Source: Selaginella moellendorffii
Taxonomy: Eukaryota > Plantae > Lycopodiophyta
Assembly: GCF_000143415.4 (NCBI RefSeq)
Contig: NW_003314324.1
Location: 157,864 to 221,863 of the forward strand
Direction: 5' to 3'
Length of the DNA stretch: 64,000 nucleotides
Shown in pieces: positions 48,880 through 63,500 of the stretch (position 1 is the stretch's first letter; every line of letters starts with the position of its first letter). Made by a program: the position numbers and the translations under genes. Below the pieces are notes generated by a model. The model was not told where the DNA came from and made no database searches. It was given only the letters and a program-made list of their open reading frames with translations.

Positions 48880-51190
48880 TGTCGTGAATGTGATTGTGGG
48901 TATCAAAACTATTTATCGGTGAGTCCTTTCAAATATTCTTTCTTTACTGCCACAATGGCAAAAAATCAATATTGCTAAACCCTTTATTAATTTCTGCCCA
49001 AATTAGTTTTGAAAGTGTTAATTTCAAAAGGGGGTGGCCCATGAGGCCAATTATGGAGGAGTCCATGCATGATCATAGGTTGATCAATTAATTTGTCAAG
49101 TGAGAGAACTTGGAAGCTCAAAAGAACTATGTTCTTAAGCTATGATTTGTATAAAAACATTTATTTTTTGGTGGTCATGAACTCTCAGTAAGGAGGTTGA
49201 TTTAGGCACACTATAAAGCAAGAGATGCCTTGAACTTATGATGCATGGTTAGAGTGTTTAGTGTGAAAAGTTAGCATATTTAATTTGAACACTCTAGTGT
49301 AAATGGCATTAAGGATGTGATAAATGAGATGGGGATTCCCAATCTCAATTGCTATAAACCTTTGGCCGGAAGGGTTAGTTTAGGTGCACTGCCAAGAGTG
49401 GGGAATACCCCTGGGGTTATGGTTAATAACTTAAAGGTTTAATAGACTTAATACTTATTGGTATATATGTTAATGTGTCAATATTAGATCACTAAGTGAT
49501 CTTATAGCTAAACAAGGATAAACTCTTTATTAGGTTAAGGAATAAATTTTTTAGTTCAAATTATATATTTGAACTATTGATAAAGGTGACTAAAAGGGAA
49601 AGACACCTAGGTGAAATAAGCTATGAAATACAATGGTATTGTGAGTCCAAGAAAAGTTGTCTTTAAGGAAGGACCCAGAGAAGGGTCATAAGATTGGGCC
49701 AAGGATAGATCCTATAATAAAAAATGCTAAAGAGATTGAACTTGACAAAATAAAGCCTTTTCTATGGAACTAAAATAATACATTAAGGATAGAGGTAGTG
49801 ATCCTTTATTGCTTAGTGCAATAATCAAATGATAGAAGCAAAAGACTAGTGTCCAATAATGGGTCTTAAAAATTATTAGAAGGAATCTAAATTATAAATT
49901 AGGCAAGGAACCACCATATAGTTAGGAAAGAAAATATATTTCCAAGGATGGATTTCCCAAATATTCCAATATGGCAAAGGTGAAAGCTTCGAGAGATGGA
50001 GCGATAAAGTAGCCAAATAATAAAGCTATGGACAGCTTTAATATAAATTATGAATAAGTGGAACTTAGTGTTTAGGGTGGCATAGAATAAAAAAGAAGAT
50101 GATAATGTCCTCAAGTGAAGAACTTCCTAGGATGGGAAAGTGAAATTTGCATAATATATGTAATACAAGATGTCAAAGACACCAAGGAAATTGACTTTAG
50201 AAATCAAAATCAAAATTCTAAAGTATGATGGTTCTATTGATAGAGGCCAAAACTTCTCCAAAATGAGTAGTGAAATTGAGATAGTCTCTAACAAGTTTAA
50301 CGAGAGCTAAACAAATAAAGAAAGAAAACCACCACAAGTGATATTATGAGTTTCTAACCTAAAGAGACTATACTCTTTAGAGGATGGGCAAGACATGGTG
50401 AACCTTCGGTGGTGAACCCTTGATAAATATTGGCTTAGTGCCAAGGAATCCATGGTGGGGTTATATTATAAAATGGTTTATTGTTCGATGATATTAAACT
50501 TCATTTATGTGTGGTGGAGTTGTGAGACATAAATCCTTAAGCCCTAAATTGGAGCTGAAAGTAAGCCATATGCTAATGGTTAAAGCAGAAGTTTAACAAG
50601 CATAACACATTTGGACCAAAAACTCTAACTAGGAAAGTTAAGAGTAGGAGTGGAACTCCAAATAAAGTGCTCAAGAATGACCATGAAGCAAATGAATCTT
50701 TAGAAAGGGACACAAGAAGGCCTAACACATTGCAAGTGTCAAACATATGGAAGTGTCAGGACCAAGTTTGAGATGGAGTCCAAAAAGGAGTTTAAGAAGG
50801 AGTCTGAAATGGAATCCAAAAAGGAGTTTGAGATGGAGTCCAAGCAGTAATCTAAAATGGAGTCCGAGAAGGAGTCTAAGATGGAGTTTGAGCAAGAATC
50901 CAAGATGAAGTTTGAGAAGGAGTCCGAGATGGAGTCCAAGATAGAGTCTGAGATGGAGTCTAAGAAGGAGTTTGAGATGGAATCCAAAAAAAGACAGACT
51001 TGGACCCAGACTCAAATTGGTCTTAATCTTGGTCTCGGTCCCAATCTCGGTCTTAATCTTAGTTTTGGTCTCAACTTGGACTCCATCTCGGACGAGTCTG
51101 AATCCAAGTTTAAAGGTGAAAGCCCAAAATGATTGTCTTCTAGACCTTGAGGGGTTTAGTGAGTTCCAAAAGGATAGTAGAGGGAGGACT
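48880..51190 (+). mobile_element. Decayed chimeric remnant: C-LTR start (48880 to about 49010), then A internal 3' part and A LTR (from 50521)
   Basis: TGTCGTGAATGTGA matches the C LTR start; 49020-50520 aligns to 7470-9238; PPT plus TGTGAGAC at 50521. Confidence 0.8.
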
Positions 51191-51356
51191 TTAGTAAAGG
51201 AAACAACTTGAGAGATGATTTATAAGGGTTTAAATATAAACGGAAAAAGCTTATAAATAAGAGTGCATCCTTTTTTCTAATTGGTTAAGGGTCTTGGGAT
51301 ATTTAGTGTTAAGTGTCTTTGGGTTTGAGTAGTACTAAGTTGGGTAACCTCTCAGG

Positions 51357-52501
51357 TGTAAGCCACAAATTTTTTCTTTCCAATTTGCTAGTTTACCTCG
51401 CCTATCCGACCAGCACTGCTTTGGCTTTTGTTAAATTCCCTCGCCAAGGTTCCCGCCTATTGTACCAGCTCCTACTTGGTCCTACTTGGTTTCAGCTACT
51501 CACTGCACAAGCAATGGAGTGTTAGCCATCCATCCACGGATTCCCAAATCTCTCCCAATCCCCCTCTCCGGGTTAGACTAGACATAAGGTTCGGCTACAC
51601 TCCCCGCATGCACAAGCAGCCAAGCACACCAAGCCTCCATGTTCTTAACATCCCTTGGTACAACAAAACTTGATCATAGGACCCTCTAAATCCCAAGCCT
51701 TGGGTGCAACACTTGCTTCGGGACACCAGGGCGAAACACCGTGGCCTAACAGCTCGGTATGGGTACCTCTACCCCCCCACTTCTATCCCGAAGGGAAGGC
51801 CCAAGCCCCTAGGAAGGGCGAGGACCAATGAGCCACAAAGTACTCAAGTGGGGCACCACTCCACATAAGCTAGGAACACCACAGTCGGTTTCCCTTTCGA
51901 GAGTGGGAGCTGCTCTTGAGCACTTCCTTGGGTGGCCCCTCCGGCACCACCCGAGTCCATGCTCACTCCCACCCAAGGCCCCTCGGCCCCAGTCTCAACC
52001 TCAAGTCAGTTTGAAAGCACCACTGAAGAGTTCCTTCAAGACTGGTTTCTGGACCTCACTATCCCTACTATACTTTTGGAACCCCCTGCAGCCCCCCCAC
52101 CCCCCTGGGAGACACATGCTTTGGGCTTTCACCCCTTGACCCGTATTAGTACTTGGACTCGGTCTCGGACTCGATCTCGGACCCGACTTCGAACTCGGTC
52201 TCGGACTCGATCTCGGACCCGATCTCAGACTCGACTTCGGACTTGACCTCAGACTCGGTCTTGGACCCGATCTCGGATCTCGGACACGGTCTCAGATCTC
52301 AGACTCGGTCTCGAACTTGGTTTTAAACTCGGTCTCCGATTTGGCCTTGGACTCGATCCTAGACTCTATCTCAAACTCGGTCTTAGAGTCGGTCTTGGAC
52401 TCGATCTCAGACTCGGTCCCATCCGATGAACTCTTTGTCATTTTGGTCATGCTTTTGGGGATTCTTTAGCCTACGACACCTCGGGGAGTTGGTTCCTTAC
52501 A
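51357..52501 (-). mobile_element. Solo LTR of gypsy family B
   Basis: Reverse complement of 12114-13236; TSD TCAGG/TTAGG. Confidence 0.9.
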
Positions 52502-52589
52502 TTAGGAAGTCCAAATTCAAGAGTTTATATTTGGTATTAGAGAGGGTTTGGGTTCGACTTTATTGATTGGCTAGGGGAATCAATCACAT

Positions 52590-54252
52590 TGTGAGACACA
52601 AATCCCTAAGCCCAAATTGGAGTTGAAAGGGTGCCACGTGGTAGTAGCCAAAGCGAAAGCCAAACAAGCATAACTCATTTGGAATAAAAGCTCTAACTTG
52701 AAAAGTCGAGAGTGAGAGTGGAACTCTCAATGAAGTGCTCAAGGAATGAGCACAAATCAAGCAATAAGTGAGTCTATAAAAAAGGGATATGAGATAGACC
52801 CGAGATGGAGTCCGAGATGGACCCGAGATGGAGTCCAAAATAGAGTTCAAGATGGAATCCGAGATGAACCCGAGATGGAGTCCGAGATGGACCTGAGATG
52901 GAGTCCGAGATGGAGTTTGAGATGGAGCCAAGCCCGACATGGACTCTGAGATGGAGTCTGAGTGGGGACCGAGACTGAGACCGAGACCGAGACTAAGACC
53001 GAGACCGAATACTAATACAAGTTGTTGGGTGAAAGCCCAAAGTGATCATCCCCCGAGGGGGAGAGGGTTGCAAGGGGTTCCAAAAGCATAGTAAAGAGAG
53101 TGTAGTGGTTGGACCTGAGATGGACCCAAGATGGAGCTTGAGATGGAGTCCAAGATGGAGCCGAGCCCAACATGGAGTCCAAGTGGGGACCGAGACCAAA
53201 ACCAAGACCGAAACTGAGATCAAATACTAATACAAGCTGTTGGGTGAAAGCTCAAAGAGATCGTCCCCCGGGGGGGGGGGGGGGTGGGTTACAAGAGGTT
53301 CCAAAAGTATAGTAGGGAGAGTGTGGGGGTTAGACCCCAATCGAGCTAATTTAGCCAGGAAAGGCCAATATGACCCAAGAAGGCTATGCCCATATGTTGG
53401 GTGATGATATATCCACTAAGGAATCCAAGACTAAAGTGAATACGGACTAACAAGCGGGGTAACTTGGTGAAGTGTTCAAGAGCTAGCTCTAGTTCCCCTA
53501 AGAAATCAAATGGTCGATGCTCCCAATCCAAGCATGAGTGGCACTACCTACTTGGCCACCTAGTGTGGCTCAACGGAACCTCGCTCTAGCCTCATGGCTA
53601 GAGCACCTAAAAGCAAAAGCTGGGAGAGTACCCATGAGGCTCATGTAGGGTTACAGTGTTCCAAAATGCTGTCCCAAAGTCTCAGACTGTGAAAAGGAAG
53701 AAAAACAATCCTTTAGTGTAATGACCAAGGATACAGTCACATGGTGAGGAAGTCCTAGAGGACAATGGGACTTAATGATTGAGCCTGTGGGCCTTGACCC
53801 AATAACAGTGTTGGCAAACACAGCCATGGACAAAAAGAAACTTGGTGGGGACCGAAAAAAGGATATTAGGGAAGGCTATTCCCCATGTCTGTAAGCATCC
53901 TAAGGATGCTAAAGAGTGGATCTGGGATGATCACTCATGGATGGATGACCTAGTTTTTTAAAGACGGGACTATGATGTAGGTGGTGTTGGATCACTACTG
54001 TGACAAAAGTAAATAGGCATGGCCTTAGCATAATGGGTTGATATGTCGGTGGTACTTTTGGGTGTCAATTATAGGACCAGACACATGGAGTATGTGGACC
54101 AAGTGCAAAAGTTGAGTGGCATGGATGTCATTCTCAAGGCTAAAGTCCCCAAGTCTGGAATAGAACTTATGGAGGTTGTAAGTGAAACTCTTCCAAGTGG
54201 TTGAAGGTGGGGTTAAGTGACTAAAGTAAAATGGAAAAAATAGTTATTTACA
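52590..54252 (+). mobile_element. Solo LTR of family A (variant with duplicated B-type core)
   Basis: TGTGAGAC...TTTACA; TSD CACAT/TACAT. Confidence 0.88.
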
Positions 54253-54544
54253 TACATGTTGAAATTAACATTTGGTAGGTCGAATTTGCCTCCAGTTGGG
54301 CTCAACACAAGGAATAGGGTGTCAATAAAGCAACTTGAGGGAAATATAGTGAATTATAAGCAACCAAAGGCAATAATTTGAAAAATGATCTATAAAGGTT
54401 CAAATATAGAGGGAAAATCCTCATGAACAAGAATGCACCCTCTTTTTTAATCGGTTAAATTTAGGATTGAGTTTGTTTGGGTTTGAGTAGTACTGGGTTG
54501 GGTGACCTCCTGAGAAATTCAAATTAAGGAATTTAGCCCCAAAC

Positions 54545-57500
54545 TGTCAATATTCCATTAATGGCAAGTTGCATTTTGTATTTCATTAGACTCTATGAGA
54601 ATAGTGAGCTCTCACTAATCTTAATTTAGTTTTGGCAGCCTTGGTTAAGTTAGTGATGTCCAACTTAGTTATTTGTAGTTGAGGTGTTGATATTTATTGT
54701 AAGCGACTAATTTTTCCATTCTACTTTAGTCACTTAACCACACCTCCGACCACTTGGAGGAGTCTCATTCACAACCTCCATCAGTCCAATTCAGGACTTG
54801 GGACTTGCTAGCCCCAAGAATGGCATCCATGCCACTCAACACTTGCACCTGGTCCAAGTGCTCCTCGTGTCTGGTCCCAAGACCGACACCCAAAGGTATC
54901 ACTGACATCTCAGCCCATTACGCTAAGGCCATGCCCATTCACCTTTGCTACACTAGTGGTCCAATACCACTTGCATGACTGGGCCATCTGTCCACGAGTG
55001 GTCATCCTAGATCCACTCCTTAGCATCCTTAGGATGCCCACAGACCTGGGGAATTGCCTTCCCCAAAGTCCCTTTGTCAGTTCCTACCAAGTCCCTTTCT
55101 GCCCCTGGCCGTGTTTGCCAACACTGCCACTGGATCGAGGTCCACAGGCCCGACCCCTAAGTCCCATAGTCCTCTGGGACTTCCTCACCACACAACTGTG
55201 TCCTTGGTCACTACCCCAGAGGACTGCTCCTCTTCCTTTCCACAGTCTAGGCCTTTGGGACAACATTTCAGAACACCGTGGCCTTACGCGAGCCACCTGG
55301 GTACTCTCCCCGCCTTTCGCCTTTAGGTGCTCTAGCCATGGGCTTAGAGCGAGGTTACGTTGAGCCATGCCTGGTATCCAAGTAGGTAGTGCCACCCACA
55401 CTTGGACTGGGAGCATCAGCCAGTCGATCTCCCGGGGGAATTAGAGCCGGCTCTTGAACACTTCACCAAGCTACCCCGCTTGTCGGTCCGTATTCACTCT
55501 AGTCTTGGACTTCCCAGTGGTCAGTTCATCACCCAACACTGGGTCCGGCCTTCCTGGGCCAAACTGGCCTTTCCTGGCTAAACTGGCTCCACTGCAGTCC
55601 TCCCGCTTACTATACTTTTGGAGCTCACCAAACCCCCCAGGGTCTGGGAGATGAACACTTTGGGCTTTCACCCTCTCAGACTCGAACTCGGACTTGGACT
55701 CGGACTCGGACTCGGACTCGGACTCGGACTCGGACTCGGGCTCGGGCTCGGTCTCAGCCTTGGCCTCGGGCTCGGTCTCGGTCCCGGTCTTGGTCCCGGT
55801 CTCGGTCTCGGTCCCGGTCTCGGTCTCGACCTCGGACTCCATCTTGGGTCCTTCTCAGACTCCATCTCGGACTCCATCTCGGTCCATCTCGGACTCCATC
55901 TCGGACTTCGTCTCAGTCCATCTCGGACTCCATCTCGGGTCCATCTCGGACTCCGTCTCGGTCCACCTCGGACTCCACCTGGGACTCCATCTCGGGTCCA
56001 TCTCGGACTCCATCTCGGACTCCATCTCGGACTCCATCTCGGGTCCATCTCGGACTCCGTCTCGGTCCACCTCGGACTCCATCTCGGACTCCATCTCGGG
56101 TCCATCTCAGACTCCGTCTTTGTCCACATTGGACTCCACTTCGGGTCCATCTCGGGCTCCATATCGGGCTCCATCTCGGACTCCACTTCGGACTCCATAT
56201 CGGACTCCACTTCAGGTCCATCTCGGACTCCAACTAGGGTCCGTCTCGGACTCCATCTCAGACACTTCCACGTGTCATGTGTTGGTCCTTTTTGTGTCCC
56301 TTTTTGGAGCCTTGCTCATTGCTTGCTTTGTGCTCGCTCCTTGAGCACTTTGTTGGGAGTTCCACTCCCGCTCTCGACCTTTCAAGTCGGAGCTTTTAGT
56401 CCAAACGTGTTACGCTCGTTTGGCTTTCACTTCGGCCACTACCACGTGGCACCCTTTTCAGCTCCACTTTGGGGCCTAGGGATTTTGTGTCTCACAACTC
56501 CACCACCCATAGACGAAGTTCGATGTCCTCATCGAATGGTAAACCATTTTATAAAGTAACACCCGCATGTGTTACCATTCCCATCTTTGGCACCTAGCCA
56601 ATATTTGTCAATGGTTTGACATTGAAGGCTCACCATGCCTTCTCCATATTCGTCAATGGTTCGATGCTAAAGGCTCACCATGCCTTGCCCATCCTCTAAG
56701 GAGGATAGTCTCTCCAACTTAGAGACTCACTTGACCACCTGGGGTGGTTTGCTCCTTTTTATTGGTTTAGTTCTCGCTAAACCCGTTAGAGACACCCTCT
56801 CTAACTCAATTCCACTACTCATTCTTGAGTAGTCACAGATTCCATTGATCTACCTTTGCACTTTAGAACATTTACTTTTGACTTTTTGGAGTCAATTTCC
56901 TAAATGTCTCCTACACCTTGCCTTGCACATTTTGTGCAACTCCACTTCCCCTCCTAGGAAGTTCTCTACTCGAGGGCACCCTCATTCTCTTTTCTATTTT
57001 TGTGCCACCATTGGCATTACGTTCCATTTATCATTATTTGTGCTAGGGCTGTCCACGGCCCTATCTTTTGGCTACTTAGTTGCTCCCTCACTTGGAGCCT
57101 TTCCTTTGCCAAACTGGAGCATTTGGGAATCCATCCTGGGAAGTCCACTTCTTTTTCCGCAATCCGTTAGCATCAAACACATTAGTGTTCCTTGGCTAAC
57201 TTTGCCACTTTGATTCTTTCCAATGGATTCCATGGCCCTATCTTGGGCACTTGTCTTTTGCTCCTATCCTTGGATTGTTGCACCAAGCAACATAGGATCA
57301 TTACCTCCCTCCTTGAGGTATTCTTTTGGTTCCATAGCAAAGGATTTGCTTTGTCTAGACTAGGGTGTTCACCCCTAGTAAGTCTCCCCACTGTTCTAGG
57401 CTCTCTTCCTAGCCCAACCTTGTGACCCACCCATGGGCCTGTCTCTGGAGATTAATTTCTTGAACTCATAATACCATTGTATTGTAGTAGCTCATTTCCC

Positions 57501-60500
57501 TTAGGTGTCCTTCCCACTTAGTCACCTTGACCAAGCCACACCTTTATCAATAGTTCAAATCAACACTTTGAACTGGGAATCATATTCCTTAATCCAAACA
57601 AAGACCTTATCCTTGTTTAGCCATAAGATCACCTAGTGATCTTATCTTGACCCCTTAATAGGTCTATCAATAGGGACTAGGTCTTCCAGACCCTTCTAAG
57701 GTCTTGACTATGACCCCGGGGGCATCCCCCACACTTGGCGGTGCGCCCAAGCCAGCCCTTCCGGCCAAGGATCCATAGCAACTGAGATTGGGTGTCCCCA
57801 TCTCATTCACCACGTCCTTGGTGCTTTTTGCACCAAAGTGTTCAAGTTAGATATGCCAAGCTTTCACTCTAAGCAATTTAACCGTGCATCACGACTCCGA
57901 AGCATCCCTCGCTTGGCGGTGTGCCCAAACCAGTCTCCTCACTGAGAGTCCATGACCACCGAAATATGAGTGTCCTCATATTCCAAACCATCACCACGCC
58001 CTAGTGATTTGGGACTCGAACCCAAGCACTAGAGGGTCGGGACTCGAACCCAACCTCCGTATATGCATCTACGGACGGCATCACCCAGGATGCCTGGCGT
58101 GACTCCCCACGCCAGTGCACCAACTTATACTCAAAGCGCACTATAGATCACAGCTTAGGAACCTAGTTCCTCCACATTGCCAAGTCCTCTCACTTGACAA
58201 GTCTGTGATCATGCATGGACTCCTCCATGCTTGGCCCCATGGCCCACCCTTTTTGAAGTTATCACCTTCAACTAGAGTATTTGTTCCTCTGACTTGCTAA
58301 TCTCGCTTTGGCAAGTCCTCCGACCACTGTAACATGGTTCCTACACAAGCGTGAAAGCCCTTGATCATCGACTTTCGTTCAAAGCCCTCTCTTTGAACAC
58401 TCGGGAACTACTTCCCTAACATTGATAGCCTTGCCTCATGGCAAGCTTCAAGACCACGCTTCTGCTGCGCCACTCTGATTTTGCGCGTGCTTTGAACCAT
58501 TTACACTTAGCCTTTCTAGGTACTAAGCTACCTAGAATCATCTTTGGGAACCTTGAAGGAACCCTGTTCCTTAGCTTGCTAAGGCCTCCCTTTTTGCAAG
58601 CTTTCCAATTACCATATAGTCTAACATGGACAATTCCATATTTTAGACTCTCCATGGCATCACGGTTGCTAGCGGCAACACCCTCGAGCCCCCACTTGAT
58701 TCTCCACTCCCAGCTGGCATAACCAACCTTGGTTATGCCCTTCGATTCCTATGGTTCGGTTCTACCCCTTACTTCTTGCTTTTGGCTTCACACCTTTCCT
58801 TTGGTCATTCTCCTCCAGACTAGGAGGACAGTTTTGCACTTTCTATCATGCCTTAGCAAGTATTTTTAGGGATGAACCTACCCGATAGCCTAGGGAGTGG
58901 TTCCTCAATCCATGTATGCTCACCCTATAATCCCACACACCGAGATTACGTTGTTGCTTATGGGCCTTTACATGCCCATCGCTAGCCTTGCTAAAATTCC
59001 ATTTTTGGCTTTGTCCATTTCGAGTAGACAGTCTTCTCCTGTCTCCGCCACCTTGGACATTTGGATAGCACCTTCTATCCATCATTCGCTAGGGACTTAG
59101 TCCCTTGGGCCTTATCTATTGCCCTCACAACATCAAATACCACCTCCTGGTGTTCTAGAGCGTTCCGGTGTCCCAATGACGGCTTCCTTGACAATGAGTA
59201 TTTCCTTTCATGACATTGACTTACCATATCGCAACATAAGCAACTTATCCCCCATAAGGGTATATCCAACTTCCTTATGTCATTAAGAAGGCTTGGGTAG
59301 CTACCTTCTACCCGTTTAACCAATTATTTTGCACCTCTTGCTTAGTTGCCTCATAGTTATCAAGTCTTACAACTCATTGCTGGTGCTTCCACACCTCCAT
59401 CATTATCTGGGTCACCACACTCCAACTGCATGCTCTGCAACTTAGGCTATGCCATTCCCATTTCCATTGAGATTCCTTTGGCAAAGGGGTTCTCATGAAC
59501 CCACCAACATAGCCTCAAGGTACCACACCTTGGCACATTTGGTGTCTCCACACCATCAGCTCCACGAGCCTACCTCTATGACACTTCTTCTTTGTGTCTA
59601 AGTCTTTGCCAAGACCAATACCACTCTTTCTCATGCCAACCATCCGTTAGCACTGCACCATAGAGGTCACACACAACTTTGTTTCAAAGTTGTTTTCTTT
59701 TGGGAACACCTTTCCCACGACTTTAGTATGGCACATTTTGCCATCGATGAGATACCCTCTGTTCTTATCCTTGGATCCTATGATCCCCCCCATCCTTCAT
59801 GGGGTACCACTTAGTCCAAATGCTTCCATCGGTCTTTTAGGATTATTCCTTGACTCTATTGGAGTCATCCAGCTTTTTGGACTTTGTCATCCGACGACCC
59901 ATGAGGTCCTACCTTTGAGGTGCCAGCTCACTGGAATACAACTTCTTGTATTCAGGTCCTACTCACAAGGACCATCTTTGCAAGTGTTACTCCGACACTT
60001 GATTTGTTCTCTTGGGGCAACCTTTTGCCTCTTAGGACCACTTGTCCATGTGATGAGAATACCAACTCATCCTCTAAGTACATCCCCAACTCCTTGGGTT
60101 GTTCCAGCATTTATCAAGGGTAACCCCAGCTACCATTTCGAGGACTTGTGTCCTCTCCTATATTTGACCTCCCATGGTCATCAATTCCGGTCTCAAAGTT
60201 ATGAGCACTGGCCTCAACTATATGAGGGTAATCTTGTGACTCCTTTATTATTTTGGAGTCTACATCTTTCCCGTGATCCCAATTATAGTTGTTTACCACA
60301 ACTACGTTAGCCCGTTTGCTGCGTCAAACGCTCATCTGGATCACATCCTCAGCTCTCTGAGGAAACCTTATACTGTTCCCAAGATCCCAAAGTCATTCTA
60401 TTATTGGCCCTTTTCTATCCACCACATCGTGCCCAAGTTCACGCATGAACTTGAGTGGAGAGCCATGTCCACTCGACATGCTACTCCTCAAGGATAGGCC

Positions 60501-63500
60501 CCTTCCTAGGACCTTCCAATGCCAACATCAATGGTGATATACTTGAGCACCAATAAAAGTCAGACTAAGGAATAGCTCCGATACCAAGTTGTAAGCGACT
60601 AATTTTTCCATTCTACTTTAGTCACTTAACCACACCTCTGACCATTCTCATTCACAACCTCCATCAGTCCAATTCAGGACTTGGGACTTGTTAGCCCCAA
60701 GAATGGCATCCATGCCACTCAACACTTGCACCTGGTCCAAGTGCTCCTCGTGTCTGGTCCCAAGACTGACACCCAAAGGTACCACTGACATCTCAGCCCG
60801 TTACGCTAAGGCCATGCCCATTCACCTTTGCTGCACTAGTGGTCCAATACCACTTGCATCACAATCCCGTCTCTCCAAGACTGGGCCATCTGTCCACGAG
60901 TGGTCATCCTAGATCCACTCCTTAGCATCCTTAGGATGCCCACAGACCTGGGGAATTGCCTTCCCCAAAGTCCCTTTGTCAGTTCCTACCAAGTCCCTTT
61001 CTGCCCCTGGCCGTGTTTGCCAACACTGCCACTGGATCGAGGTCCACAGGCCCGACCCCTAAGTCCCATAGTCCTCTGGGACTTCCTCACCACACGACTG
61101 TGTCCTTGGTCACTACCCCAGAGGACTGCTCCTCTTCCTTTCCACAGTCTAGACCTTTGGGACAACATTTCGGAACACCATGGCCTTATGCGAGCCACCT
61201 GGGTACTCTCCCCGCCTTTCGCCTTTAGGTGCTTTAGCCATGGGCTTAGAGCGAGGTTCTGTTGAGCCACGCCTGGTATCCAAGTAGGTAGTGCCACCCA
61301 CACTTGGACTGGGAGCATCGGCCAGTCGATCTCCCGGGGGAACTAGAGCCGGCTCTTGAACACTTCACCAAGCTACCCCGCTTGTCGGTCCATATTCACT
61401 CTAGTCTTGGACTTCCCAGTGGTCAGTTCATCACCCAACACTGGGTCCGGCCTTCCTGGGCCAAACTGGCTTTTCCTGGCTAAACTGGCTCCACTGCAGT
61501 CCTCCCCCTTACTATACTTTTGGAGCTCACCAAACCCCCCAGGGTCTGGGAGACGAACGCTTTGGGCTTTCACCCTCTTAGACTCGAACTCGGACTCGGA
61601 CTCGGACTCGGACTCGGACTCGGACTCGGACTCGGACTCGAGCTCGGGCTCGGTCTCAGCCTTGGCCTCGGGCTCAGTCTCGGTCCCGGTCTTGGTCCCG
61701 GTCTCGGTCTCGGTCCCGATCTCGGTCTCGACCTCGGACTCCATCTCGGGTCCTTCTCGGACTCCATCTCGGACTCCATCTCGGTCCATCTCGGACTCCA
61801 TCTCGGTCCATCTCGGACTCCATCTCGGGTCCATCTCGGACTCCATCTCGGACTCCATCTCGGGTCCATCTTGGACTCCGTCTCGGTCCACCTCGGACTC
61901 CATCTCGGACTCCATCTCGGGTCCATCTCGGACTCCGTCTTTGTCCACATCGGACTCCACTTCGGGTCCATCTCGGGCTCCATATTGGGCTCCATCTCGG
62001 ACTCCACTTCGGACTCCATATCGGACTCCACTTCAGGTCCATCTCGGACTTCAACTAGGGTCCGTCTCGGACTCCATCTCGGACACTTCCACGTGTCATG
62101 TGTTGGTCCTTTTTGTGTCCCTTTTTGGAGCCTTGCTCATTGCTCGCTTTGTGCTCGCTCCTTGAGCACTTTGTTGGGAGTTCCACTCCCGCTCTCGACC
62201 TTTCAAGTCGGAGCTTTTAGTCCAAACGTGTTACGCTCGTTTGGCTTTCACTTCGGCCACTACCACGTGGCACCCTTTTCAGCTCCACTTTGGGGCCTAG
62301 GGATTTTGTGTCTCACATTTATATTATAACCTTCTCTATTAAAAGGTTGTATACCATATAAATCCATCTTATAGTCTTCACTTTAGTTTTGGTGATCATG
62401 TATAGCTAGCCTCTTCAAGGTATGCTCAGAACTGTTAGTTATACATATTAATGAATTTATTATTGTCCAATTGGATTTGAGTACTTATTTAGTTTGTACT
62501 TGTCCATGTTCCTATATCTTGTATCTAGGGTGTTATTTTTTCTTGAACAAGTATATGACTCAATGACATGAGTTTAGTATTTAGGTTTTGTGAAGTCAAA
62601 TTAAGGAGTGGTTGTTGGTTACTTTACAACTAGTGATTGCTGATAGATTTCATTGAAAACTTTTGACACTTGTTTTGCTCAATGATGATTTAATAATGAT
62701 GGGCTTACTTTATTGGATGATATTGCAAAAGATTGTATTATTATCTTTATATGATTTTGTCATGTTAGCATGTCAATTTTTCCTCTGTCAATATAATTTG
62801 GTTGTGTTTATTCTTTGGCATTGGATTTCATTGAGTCTTGGATGTGTTGATTCACTCCTTGATGAAATGTTATTTGTAACTAAGGTTTGTTGAAGGTTTA
62901 GTCTCAAATACTAAGTAATGTATTTTCAACTTTGGTTATATTGGTTGTTAGACAACTTTGAGTGGTGATTCACTCTTGCTTTTTTTTAACTTTATTCTAG
63001 TGTTAATGACATTGAAGTGATGTTGATATTATTGGTTTTGGGATTGGAGTGAGATTAAATATCTCTCCATAAGATGGCTATTGAGTTTCATAAATCTCAA
63101 TGTGGATAATGTTGATGATTTGGTTATAGTCTTTTGTTATTTTGCATTCGTGCATTTGCTAGTTAACAACTATATTAGAGTTCAAACGAGTTGAGTGGAA
63201 AGTTAAGTTGTGTTATAAATGAGATTGTTTAGTAAGGGTTGAACATTAGTTTTTCCTTGAAAAATGATTTAGTTGTGAACTATGCTAGCTTTATGAGAGG
63301 GAAAGTTAGTGATCAATATTAGAATTTTTTATTTTTTATTGAATTTAAATTGAGAATATATCAATCATTAATGAATTTTTATTGTGGTTGTTATAAAATT
63401 AGTTATATTTTGTTGTAAAAGATAGATTCATAAACAATTATTTGGTGATCACTTATTTAATATAGCTTTGTTGTGTTTGGATTTTGGATTGATACAGACA

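Larger units (their letters stand above)
51190..54535 (+). mobile_element. Second Cassandra-type TRIM, split by solo LTRs of B and A
   Basis: LTR1 about 51190-51356 plus 52502-52529; PBS TGGTATTAGAG about 52533; LTR2 about 54355-54535 with clear 5S segment 54477-54520. Confidence 0.8.
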
